NCBI RefSeq assembly: GCF_009914755.1
Contig: NC_060937.1
Direction: 5' to 3' (one strand)
Length of the DNA: 64,000 nucleotides
From: the human T2T-CHM13v2.0 reference genome, Homo sapiens
The position numbers were made by a program, and so were the translations under genes. Shown piece by piece: positions 12,470 through 24,653 of the stretch (positions within the stretch are counted from its first letter, which is position 1; the number at the start of each line of letters is the position of its first letter). The notes beneath the pieces are model-generated. The model saw only the letters and a list, made by a program, of their open reading frames with translations, was not told the DNA's origin and did not search any database.

Positions 12470-14110
12470 TTGGAATCTCGGTTGCCAGGCGAACTAGGAA
12501 TCACTAGCCTGGGTCGGGCAACACGGATAAAAGTGTTTCTGTTTCTTGACAGAGAATGAAAACGACGCAGAATGTAATCGATCGGTAGAACATTGATCAC
12601 TCTCCTTCCTTCGTTACCCTACTTTAAGTGCCGGAGAGCTAAGGCCTCACTTATATGCACCCAGATGCCCCCGAGATCTCCATTTTCCCCAAATGCATAA
12701 AAGGCTAAAAACGGCCACATTCCCCAGCACCACGGCGTGGCTGCAGCTCCTTTGTTTACCATATAAGTCACACCGGGGGTTCACTCCTCGCCCTCTCCCC
12801 TGCTTTAAAGCCGAGTGCGGCGGAAGACTGAGGAGCACCCCCAAACTCCTGCTCAGCCCGAGTCAAGCACCGAAAGCTTCACAGGTTTTTTTCCTGAGCC
12901 TTGAAGGGAAACCACATAGCCAGAACCTTTTGAACTCCTAACCCCGCAGGGATGTCCGCCTCCCAGAAGAGAGCCGGCTTCCCAGGCAGCTTAGGAAACT
13001 TAACCGAGATCCCAGAAAGAAGGCGAGGTGTAGCTCCGGTCGAACGGAGCCCAGAGGCGACATCCTCTTTACCTGCAAAGTTGCAATCTTCGGGCTGAAG
13101 TGATGGGATCCGAGGACTGACGGCGCGGGTGCCGTGCGGGGTGAGAGCACGCCCGGCAAATTCCAATGGAATTCCCTTAGTCGCTGCTGAGTTTTGGAGC
13201 ATTCCAAGGAAAACGATCGAAGCTGGAGCCCACGCAGCTGGCACCGAACTGGGCGGAGTGAGGATGCTCTGAAAGCGAAGCCATGGGAGGCGGGGGAGGG
13301 GCGGCCCGGGAGGGGGAGGTAACCGCCAGGGGAGGAGAACCTCTCCCACCCCCGCCTGCACAGATCCCTCTGGATAAAGTTAAGAGTTCCCACGGCTGAC
13401 AGCGGATGAGCCCAGAGAAAGGCACCCCGCCCTCCGTCCCTGGTGGCTGCCGGGCTCGGGGTCCGCACAGACCGCGCTGGAAAGGGATAGTCCGGGAAGA
13501 TGCGCGTCCCACGCACCACACTGCTTGGAGGTGGAGGAGACCCGCGCGCTGGCAGGAGCTGACGCTGCGTCCCCAGCTTGTCCCCCTCGAATAGCCTCCA
13601 CCTACCGGGGCCAACTGCTTGAGGTCAGCCAGTGGGCAGGGGAGCTCACCACCAGCCAGCCGTCATCCAGCCAAGTCGGTGGCGAGAATCCACCCTGTGG
13701 TTCTGGATGCAAGCCAGACACACCTCCAGGCTTAGGGCGGTCTCTGCAGGCGTGTTGGACTTCAGTGCGCTCCGACACCCAGCTTTTGAATGCCCTGCTC
13801 CCAGCCCGGTAAACAAGCACCCATGAGGCCCGCCGCCCGACCGGAAAAAAGTAGTCCCCTGCAACTCTCAAAGCTTCTCCCACTCCCGCTTCTCTGGGCG
13901 ACTGGCACCCCCTCTCCTGTCCTCAAGGTGTCAGACTTCCCTTGCAAGAGCTGGAGGATGCGGCTTGCCACTAGTGTCAACAATCAAAACAGTCGCAATG
14001 AATAAATGATGAGCCACAGCGTTCCAACCACCCTCATCCAGCTTGGTCTTTCCAAAAGGCATAGGAAATCAGCAAGTTTCCACCAAATATACCAAAACCC
14101 TAAGACGCGA
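12470..14110. promoter_or_regulatory. TRPC4: CpG island / promoter of the minus-strand gene (TRPC4)
   Basis: Sharp rise in GC and CpG density against the AT-rich background. GC boxes GGGCGG (13251-13256) and GGGGAGGGGCGG (~13293-13304) flank the first exon. Limits estimated by eye. Confidence 0.9.
13073..13276 (-). other. TRPC4: Non-coding first exon (5'UTR) of TRPC4, transient receptor potential canonical channel 4; coding exons lie left of the window
   Basis: Minus-strand text GCTTTCAGAGCATCCTCACTCCGCCCAG...GAAGATTGCAACTTTGCAG ends at donor CAG|GTAAAG (GT at 13072-13071). I recall this sequence as the start of TRPC4 mRNA. This is from memory, not a search, and the TSS could lie further right. 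Confidence 0.82.
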
Positions 14111-14147
14111 GCCAGCCCAAGGGTGCAAGGTTCTGCGGCTGCAGGTG

Positions 14148-14178
14148 ATGTGCGTGTGTGCGAGTGTGTGTGTGTGCG
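14148..14178. repeat. Imperfect (TG)n microsatellite
   Basis: Directly visible. A (CA)n tract also lies at ~14286-14312. Confidence 0.8.
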
Positions 14179-16719
14179 ATACTGGTACCATCTTACTGAG
14201 AGTGAGATTTCAAGATAAACGTTATCTCTTGTCCAATCTCTTTAGTGTTCACATATGAAAATAAGATTAAAGTACAGAGAGGAATACACACACACACAAA
14301 CCACACACACACTATTGGCAAAGTTGGCAATAACACTTGCTGTAACTGCAACACGGTGATTCCCAGCTTGTCACTCGGAAAGTCTTAATTGGTTGTGACC
14401 CCATGACCCAGAGAAAGATAGAGTTCACGTGTAAGATAGAGAGTGGAGCCCTTGAGGAATCCTAGCTGGCAATTACCCTCCTCGAGACTCTGTTTCTACC
14501 TGATTGCCGTTATTTTCTGAAAGCCCTGAGGTTAGCTGCTGGTCTCTGATTGTATCCCAGCAGACGCCTGATTCAGCTTCCAGTCTGCGCAAAAGCTTAG
14601 GAGCAACCGTTTTCTCCTATCCCAACCACGTTGTTACACCTGGGAAGCTGTGCTGTGCCGACTGCAAGGCGGACCAGTTTCTTCCCATGGAATATTCCCA
14701 AGGAATATAAACTGACAAACTGGCATCCATATTCAGACTCTAAAGCACAAAATTAAAGAATTTCCTTTTTTATCTTCCCCTACCCACTTCAGAGTTCACA
14801 TGAGTTGAGGTTTTTGTAAATAGTTTTCACATGAGTAAAGAGGATATTACCAGAGATCACGCTGGGGTAACTGTGCATGCTGCTTTTTTTTTTTAAGTCA
14901 CTTTTCTTATTTGTTAATTTATCTTTCTCCCTGCCTAACTGCTCCTCTATGGGTTTGTTCCCAGCTCAGCTAGACCCCTATTCTAAATTTCTGAGATACT
15001 AAGTCCTTCCCAAAATACTAAGATACATTGAGATAAACCTGGTTTCTACAATGCTACTGCAGTAAACAAAGGAGAGAACGACAAAAGGCTTTTCTCCTTC
15101 CTTGAATCTCTTTTTACTCTTTACTACAAGAAGAATATATTGACATGTTTAAACAGTTCTTTACTTTTCTTAACATTAAATGAAGGCTTTTAAAAATATG
15201 CAAAATGTATCTATCAGTAGACAAGGTAATAACTTTATAATAAATTCAAGTCCACTTTCTAACAAGGGAGGGGAGACTGTAAACATATATATGGAAATCT
15301 ATTTTATTTAATGGAACTGTAAGTATTTTTGTGACATTTATTGACAATGTTTCTTCTTAGCCTGAAAAACAAAATTCTACATACTGTGTTTGAGTTTATA
15401 TCTTTGAGATCAACCCGTGGTAGATAGAATTCCACATACTGAAATGAGTATAGGTCTTTATAATGCATATTAAAATACATGCAAGAGAAAAGCTGATCAG
15501 TGACAAACTTGTCCATTGTTTAGAAGTGATGAACTTTACTTTGCAACCTTAGCATCTGTACCAAGTTAGATGCTCCTGCCCTCTAAGGATTTGTTCTTTG
15601 TAGCAAATGTTATCTCTGTCATGATGTCAGCAAAGAGATATTATACCAATTTTTTCTAATTTGTTATTTCTTTCCATAAAAAGGTGCCTATGAAACTGCA
15701 ATAAATACATAACAGAAGAGAACACCAAGGAGAGCACTATATATGTCAACCATCTGAGCAGGCTGTATTCCCACGGAAAGAAGAATTTGTATTGATCACT
15801 GAGCCTCCTTTTCAACAGTTTCATGTGATTATTGATTGCTGGTCTCAGGTCTCCTACAAAATGATTAGCAATTACAGGAAAATTATTTGAAATCTGTTTA
15901 AACAATCTGGTGAATTGCATATACTACAGTCATTAGCAATCCAAAGAGTTTATTTTTAACAATTTAAACATACGAGTTTGGCAGCATTCTACGAACCTGC
16001 ACTCCACATAAAATGCAATTCATTGAAGTCAAAGAAATTTACAATAAAATGTTATATGCTATCTAGAATTTATTTTAGTACCTTATTAAACAGAACAAGA
16101 AAGCACTCATGTTTCCAAATTAGCAAGAGACAAGTGACCCAAGAAATGATAGCAGTAAAACAATTCTCTGTAATGTCTATTTATAGCTAAAGTATATTGT
16201 AGAATTGGGATCACAATTGTTTTAGGAATACAATTTTCACTTTACTCCTAAAGGTTATTGTTCTGTTTAGGAGCTGACATGTAACATGTATGAAACACTG
16301 TTTCAAAGCTGTTATACCTCAGACATAGAGACAAAGTCACAGAGACAAGTATTTGGAGAATTTATTCATGCACATGTGTCACCATCAGCATTTTTATGTG
16401 CCAGTAATGCATCTGTGTATGATGCCATCATGAAGTATATGATATTGGCCTTTCTGATGCTAAGATAAATTAAGAAATAGGTTATCATTGTCTTTGATGC
16501 CCATGTGACCTGTCTTCCACCTTTGTGACCAGGCCTTTACCTCCTACTGCACAAGGGCTCACCCAAACTCACTGAAGGGGCTCCACCTCAGCTTAACTTT
16601 TGGATTTGGCTCCTGCTCCAGGTTTTAGAATCCTCTGTTCTGTCATCAATGTAATGAGGCTTCAATCTAACCTACATGGCCATGCTATACACACAGCTTT
16701 TACCTGCCTATTTTTTAAA

Positions 16720-17460
16720 AAAATTAACATTTTCTAAGTTATCAAAATGTTATTCAAAAATGTTAATTTTAATGAATCACTACTTATTTCTATGAAATAC
16801 TTAAGTATTTTTCAGGTCTTGAAAGTGTAATTGTTTTTATACTATTATTCCCTACTGGTATACTTTTGTTGAAAGCCGTTACACAAGCATTTTTGTCTGT
16901 ATCTCTAATTATGTCCTCAGAATAGATTCCTAGTAATACAGCCCTGTGTCATGATGCAGAAATATTTTAAAGTACATGCTGTATGTTATAAGGGAGCTTG
17001 TTGCATTGAACCCTCATCAATACGGGGCATCCTTAAGGTCCTTTTTCTTCTTTTCTTTTTTTATTTTGACTGATTTCCTACTTGAAAGAAAATGGTATCT
17101 CAATGAGTTGTGTTAACTAGAAACGGTGACTTTTATATTTTGTGTACTTTGCTACTTGTTTCTTTTTGTGAGTTTACATACTTTTTCAATACTTACGGGG
17201 TTTTGTTGCTATTCCCCCATTTGGTTTATAATAACTCTTAATATTTGAACATTAGTACATTCCCATATTTATGGAAGATATTTCTCAGTTTTTAATTCTT
17301 TGTTAAATTTGGAGGTAATGTTATTTATTTTAAAGATGTTTCATTCTTACAAACATTAAACTATCAAATTTTCCCTGATAATTTATTTTAGTGCTTTAAT
17401 GCTCCTAATATCTTTTTCCTCTCATATTCACTTATTTTTTCAAGCTTTTAAAAAATGATT
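16720..17460 (-). mobile_element. Old LINE-1 (L1ME-like) fragment
   Basis: T-rich degenerate text such as TCAGAATAGATTCCTAG and AAAATGGTATCTCAATG resembles antisense L1 ORF2 end and 3'UTR. Confidence 0.5.
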
Positions 17461-17539
17461 TCATGTTTAAGGCAATTGCTTAGTCATTAACTTCATAGAC
17501 CCTGGAATCATGTTATCTAAATTTAAAATCCCAGTCTCA

Positions 17540-18615
<1,076 letters not shown>

Positions 18616-18619
18616 ACTT

Positions 18620-18810
18620 AAAAGCTGTGTGACCTTGGATAATATCACTGAACTTCCACATGACTTGGTTTTCTCATCTGTAAAAGAGTGAAGTAATTGT
18701 TCCTACCTCATAGGCTTGTTATGAGGACCAAAGCATTTTTGTAGGTAAAGCATTTACAAAAGTGATTAAAACAAAATACGCAATGTGTAAGTTTTGCCTC
18801 ATTATTATTA
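18620..18810 (+). mobile_element. MIR SINE
   Basis: Core AGCTGTGTGACCTTGG...TTTTCTCATCTGTAAAA...CCTACCTCATAGG. Confidence 0.75.
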
Positions 18811-19384
18811 TTAGATATAATTCCAACATATTTGGAACTAACTTAAGCATGCATTATTTAGTGATGATCTAACTGTTTCTCTTTTACAAAATAGGAAACC
18901 AGTACGGTTTATTACAACTGGAAAATAATGAATTAATTCTTCATTTTCATACTGATTGATGATATCATGTCTTTATTATAAACCACATTCTTCTGCCAAT
19001 GCCTCTTTGCAAGCTATCTATTCTTTACCTCTGATACCTTCCTTTATTTTTATGAATTGGCCCCAAATTGCATTTGTTTCCTTCTCTGTCCTTTTAGGTG
19101 TTGGCCAGTTACTAATCACTACAGCTGGAAGGCTGGGGTTGGGCAGCACCTTTGTCAATTCCCAATGTCTAACTGGATACAGCTAGTGAGAGCCATTATT
19201 GCAAAGATGAAATGAGCTAATGCATGTAAAGTGCTTGCAACAAGGATGAGCACATATTTATGCTCAATAAATGTTACCTGCTGTCAGTATTATATGTACT
19301 TAACGTTGAATGAGGGTCTGCTGGCCCCAGGATAGAAAAATTGTTTACCCACTCACCCCATTCTCGTGATCCATGCTATAGGAA

Positions 19385-19942
19385 TATAATGGCCAACCTT
19401 GTTTTTACTAACCCTGTTCTCAAACTCTCCCTTTCTTTTAATCACCTAGCCTTGTTTTCGCCTGAGTTGACCCTCCCTTCGCTAAGAGAGCCAGACAGAC
19501 TCCATCTTGGCTCTTTCACTGGCAGCCCCTTCCTCAAGGACTTAACTTATGCAAGCTGACTCCCAGCACATCCAAGAATGCAATTAACTTATAAAATACT
19601 GTGGTGAGCAATATCCGCAGTTCCCAGGAATTCATCTGATTGATAACGCACAAAGCCCTGCGTCTATCACCTTGTAATAGTCTTAAAGCCCCTGCACCTG
19701 GAACTGTTTACTTTCCTGTAACCATTTATCCTTTTAACTTTTTTGCCTACTTTACTTCTGTAAAATTGTTTTAACTAGACCCCCCTTCCCCATTCTAAAC
19801 CAAAGTATAAAAGAAAATCTAGCCCCTTCTTCTGGTCCGAGAGAACTTTGAGCATTAGCCATCTCTTGGCCGCCGGCTAAATAAACTGACTCTTAATTCG
19901 TCTCAAAGTGTGGCATTTTCTCTAACTCAGTCAGGTACAACA
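19385..19942 (+). mobile_element. Solo LTR6 (LTR6B-like, HERVS71/ERV1), full length 558 bp
   Basis: Starts TATAATGGCCAACCTTG (TG>TA) and ends GGTACAACA, with a perfect 4-bp TSD GGAA (19381-84, 19943-46). TATAAAA at 19806 and AATAAA at 19880. Body matches recalled LTR6. Confidence 0.88.
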
Positions 19943-20774
19943 GGAAGACTTCTATGCCGAATACAGACTACTTATCTTAACATATATCTTCTCCATTCCA
20001 ACCTGGAGACATTTCATAGCATACAATTTACTTTCTTTTAACTACTGTCTTCCACAAGTTGTGATATCTTCCTAGATCTAAAGTGGAAGTAAGTACCATC
20101 AGAAGACCAAAGAAAGATATTCAGTTGCCTCTAAAGGTAGAATTAGTATACGTGCAGAAGACCACTTTCCCAGTGGATTTGAATATATACTAATGTAGAC
20201 GCATACTAATTTTGAAAAAGGAAGTAGATAATGAAGATGGTCACCAGACCTTCCTATTGATTATAGGAGGACAGGTTTGCGTGATTCCTAAAGCAATCCA
20301 CTAGTGTAACATCAATTTTATTTTACAATCCATGTTGCATTATATTTGAACTTAGTGGAAATCCTTCTATATTCTGGTGATACAGCAACAGTTACATCTA
20401 CAAAATAGCAACATTTTTTATGAAATCTCTTTTTTTCTGACATGAATTTTGTGGAAATTTAAGAGGACTTGAAAAACTGCTGCTAGTCAGATGCCATTTT
20501 AGGCTGGAACATGTTACCTAATTTTTAAAATCAGGCCATTCTCAAAAAAGAAAAAAGCATAATGTTATTATTTAGAGAAAGTCCTTCTTCTTACCAATTG
20601 CAGGTCTTTATTTATCTGGGTCTGCATTTTTTAAACAATGATTATATAAGTTTCTAAGGAAATAAATAAATGTTAAATGAAATGATTCTCATCTACATAC
20701 AGTATCAAATAAAATGGTATTTCAGGAAATGAAATCTGACTGATCAAATGACTTTCAAAGTAGCTGATATGGGG

Positions 20775-20955
20775 CACTATAGTAGAGTGATAAGGACAAA
20801 AATTCTACAGCCAGACTTCCTAGGTTTGAATTCAACTTTTGCCACTTATTGGGGGTATATGGTTTTGGCCACAAAGCTTTATCCCTATACCTCAATTTAT
20901 TCATTTCTAAAATGGAAAATATAATAATAGTACCTTCTTCATAGGATTGGTATAG
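20775..20955 (+). mobile_element. MIR SINE
   Basis: AGCCAGACTTCCTAGGTTTGAATTC...CCACTTA...AAAATGGAAAATATAATAATAGTACCTTCTTCATAGGATTG. Confidence 0.7.
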
Positions 20956-21524
20956 AAATCTGTGTAAATAAAGGTAAGACTATATGTTCCTTTGATTTTT
21001 ACTTTTACATCAAAATATGTTCATACTCTGATTTTTCACAGAGGGTAAGGATGTTTCCCAAAATGTTAATAAAAATGTGGTCTATTCAAGAAGGTTACAG
21101 CTTATTTTGGTTGAATCTTTGCAATGTATCAGTGCAGAACAAAGTAGAATAGAGATCTGCAATTTATCCATGAATTTAAGCAGAGAAAAGAGCAAATTTA
21201 AAGAGCTCAGAGCTGCAAGAGCAATTCAGCCCTGGATTGTCTGGATTGTCTATTCTTCCAAACTATCCTGGAAAGCCTTCTCCCACTGTGTAGGCAGCAG
21301 CACACAACCAGGGAAAATCATGTCATAGAATGAGCTTTGAATTTTTAATTAATTCAAGAAATAATTTTGAGGTTTTAACACACAGATATACATTTGTCCT
21401 CAGAAGTAACACACTTCCATATCTTTTACTAGTTATTTCTCATGTAGTGTTTTAAATTAATTCATTTTTTCCCCAGGTACTTGACATTATATGGTGTCCA
21501 CATTCGTGGTCTCTATAATTGGAA

Positions 21525-21715
21525 TAGCTGGGTTCAAATCCTGTCTTTACCCCTTTCTATGAAAATGGCCTTGGGCAAGAGTAACTTAACCATTCTGTGA
21601 CTCAGATTCTTAGTTTAGCAAATTGACATATTTATAGTATTTTATTTCTTTCATTGTTATGAGCATTGCACTTGGTAGTATTTATAAAACACAATATAAG
21701 AGTTCAATAAAGATA
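21525..21715 (+). mobile_element. MIR SINE
   Basis: CTGGGTTCAAATCCTG...GCCTTGGGCAAG...TTAACCATTCTGTGACTCAG. Confidence 0.7.
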
Positions 21716-22401
21716 AATTTTATTCCTTCTTCTCAGTGCAGGAAACTTGCTTTAAGAGCTTCTGAAAGGACAATATCCACAGCACAATGTATAAGCCCAA
21801 CTGGTATAGTTTTCCTGTGAACATAAATGTTTTTTTTAAAAATAGAGAAAACCAATCAAAGCAAAATAAAAGCTCTATTTATAAAAGGGACATTTAAGTA
21901 TTTCTCTGTAACATATGATAACGCTATGGAGGTTAACTGCTCACAGTGTTTCTAAAGCAATCATCAAATATTTGTCATTAAAGCCAACCCTGGTATCTGG
22001 CCCGATAATGTGTGTTATTTATGTGTGTGTATCAACCCTGCTTCCCATGGTGAAATCTAAGTGTCCTCAGTTGTTTTATTCTTTCTGACCCAAAAGCAGT
22101 GAAATTCCTCCTGACAATTACACACACCATCAAAGAATGAAATCCTCTTCTCAGTATCCCAATTACAACACAGACTTCTCTGCTCTTTCCCTTAAAAAGA
22201 TGTTCAAATTCTTGTTGACTTAATCATCACCCTGCTGTATGATGATTATTATGAAGATTCCACCTCTTTGTAGAGTCAACATCTCATCCCAGTTTTCCCA
22301 ACAGATTCCTGGTGTTAGGGCTGAAATTTCTGCATGGGGGAAACTTCTGGGTCCTGGGTAAATCAGGACAGTTGGACCTCTTACATCTTTGTTGACAGCC
22401 T

Positions 22402-22842
22402 TGAAAACTGATTATACAAAATGGAATCATTTTTTTTCTCCTACTCAACTAAAATAGAGTTGTGGGGGCATAGGGAAAAGCACTGAAGTACAAATACCTA
22501 CTCCAGCAGCTGTCATGCAAGCCCAATCGGAAATCACAATGGCCTGCTATGACTTTCAGATTGCAAGTTTTACCTAGTAACTGCTGCCACTCACCAATTA
22601 GAACTCTCTACCTCCTGCCAGACACTACTGGCACCAATAAACTTTCTGTCAAAACAACTTAGCTTGCACAACCATCCGCTCCTCTCCTATAAAAAGCCAG
22701 CATTTACCTTTGTTCTTCAGACACATCAGCAGCCACTCTGGTCTCTGTGTGTGTATGTCCCGAATTGCAATTTTTATATATTATTCCAATTAAACCCTTT
22801 GCTTGGAGATTTGTCTCTCCATGTATTTAGTTCATGTTGGCA
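22402..22842 (+). mobile_element. ERV1 solo LTR, MER67-like
   Basis: TGAAAAC...TGGCA termini, CACTCACCAAT box, TATAAAAA, and TTTGTTCTTCAGACA...CCCGAATTGCAATT blocks. Subfamily from memory. Confidence 0.6.
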
Positions 22843-23235
22843 GACCCCAAACTAAAATAGCTTCTTTTGCTTCTGAATTTCCATGTAATAGGCTTAGCTT
22901 TTTCCATCCATTTGATATTTACTGAGTTCATATTTTGTCATTGTTTTACCATCTCAATAGATGTTAATTTTTCAAGAAGTCAAGAAAACATGTATTAATT
23001 ATTTTACATGAACGCTAAAGCCAGTAGTGCTAAATTCAAATCTTGCTAATTACATCAGCTTAAGAATTTTAATTAATTGTTCTTTAAATTTAGTCTTTCA
23101 TTTATAAAAGAATATCTACTATAGCAAGTATTATTCTCAGTCTACCAACTCAATTTAGCAAAAAAAGGTATTCAAAAACATATGACCAGAATATTATAGA
23201 GATCCAAATACATGACAATTTTATATATATATATA

Positions 23236-23279
23236 TTTTTTTTTTATTATACTTTAAGTTCTAGGGTACATGTGCACAA
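23236..23279 (-). mobile_element. Extremely 5'-truncated L1PA 3' stub
   Basis: T-tract followed by ATTATACTTTAAGTTCTAGGGTACATGTGCACAA, the antisense L1PA terminus. Confidence 0.85.
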
Positions 23280-23888
23280 TCTTAAATACAATCTGAAACT
23301 CGATTTTTCTGTTAGAAAATAATTGTTTTGGTCAACTAGAATGTAAACCACATAGATAAAATTGAAAAGTATTCACTTATGATATTCAATTTATAAATTT
23401 ACCTGTCAATAAATTTACAAATCATATAATATAAAATATTTAGAAATGCCACTTTCTTCTGGTCTCATATTTTGTGAAATAACTTGTTTCAAACTCTTCA
23501 CTTGCAATTTCAAAATAAGTTTCTTGGTTGTCATTGGAACCTTTATTTGAATCATCAAATAGCTTACAGAAAACCTTATTTTTATTTTTATTCATACTCT
23601 TGGAGATATATTTTTGAACACGACGCATTCTGTGTATAATGCCATCATTAATAGGTCTATCTTATGCCTCAAGAATCCATCACATAGCATTGGAAGATTT
23701 TTTCTCTTATTCTTTTTATCCCATACTCTTAATCTCCACAAAACAAACAAAAATATATTAGGCTTTTTAATTATGCAAGGCTAACACTTACAATGTTATC
23801 GAGCACTTAAATTATGAGCCATATTCCTAGAAATAAGTACCACATCTGTATTGTATTTCTTGTCTTTTTGTTTCACTGATAACTCCTT

Positions 23889-24212
23889 TTCTTCTGGTTT
23901 TCTATTTGTTTTTATTTCTTTGTTTCTTGAGACAGGGACTTATTCTGTCACCCAACCTTCAGTGCAGGGGCATGATCATGTCTCACTGCAGCCTCAAACT
24001 CCGAGAATCAAGTGATCCTCCTGCCTCAGCCTCCCAAGTAGCTATGACCACAGGTACACACCAGCACACCTCGCTAATTCTTTCTTAAATTTTTGTAGAG
24101 ATGGGGTGTACTTTGTCACCTAGGCTCGTCTCAAACTCTTGGGCTTAAGCAATCCTCCCACCTTGGCCTTACAAAGTATTGGGATTGCAAGCATGAGCCA
24201 CCATGCCTGGTC
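23889..24212 (-). mobile_element. AluJ
   Basis: Diverged dimeric Alu in antisense with TSD TCACTGAT(A/G)ACTC. Confidence 0.9.
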
Positions 24213-24359
24213 TCACTGATGACTCTTTAACTTGGTGAGTTCTACAGCATTCATGAGCTGCATTGATTGAGATTATTTAAGATGAATTTTCATCTGCTAA
24301 ATGTTACTTTTCACTATTTTTCATCAAAATGAGGTTATTAAGAAAATCTCCAATCTCAC

Positions 24360-24653
24360 TCGTCTTTGTTTCGTGCAGCCATAACAGAATACCTGATACT
24401 GAGTGACATATAAATAACGAAAATATATTTCTCACAGCTCTGGAGGCTGGGAAATCCAAGATTTAGATGCTAGAAGGTTACAACCTGGAGTTTCTGCTTC
24501 CAAGGTGGTGACTTGAACCCTGCAACATTAATCCATTCAGGGCACAGCTTTCATCAGCTAAACACCTCCCATGAGGTCCCACTTTCCAACACTGTGGCAT
24601 TGGGGATTACATTTTCAACACATGAATTCTGGGGGACATATTCAGAGCATAGT
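24360..24653 (-). mobile_element. ERVL-MaLR solo LTR (MST/MLT1A-like), internally deleted
   Basis: ATTTCTCACAGCTCTGGAGGCTGGGAAATCCAAGAT...CAACACATGAATTCTGGGGGACA. Confidence 0.75.

Noticed and set aside
12364-12600. 78-aa minus-strand ORF with an NEANEAND repeat
   Set aside because: It has a GTG start, and the repeat simply reflects the 9-bp CCAAT triplication.
12723-12743. REST/RE1-like CAGCACCACGG
   Set aside because: Only the left half matches. The GGACAG half is broken (GGCGTG), too weak to call without ChIP data.
13033-13050. GC hairpin GCTCCG-N6-CGGAGC just inside the intron
   Set aside because: The stem is only 6-7 bp, likely chance in GC-rich DNA, with no ncRNA hallmarks.
13323-13337. 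CTCF-like CCGCCAGGGG
   Set aside because: The 3' part of the core (GCRC) is missing, and such partial matches are expected in a CpG island.
12879-13883. Overlapping 90-193 aa ORFs on both strands in the CpG island
   Set aside because: Stop codons are rare in GC-rich DNA. The products are Pro/Arg/Gly-rich with no recognisable domain, most lack an ATG start, and the two longest cross the splice donor.
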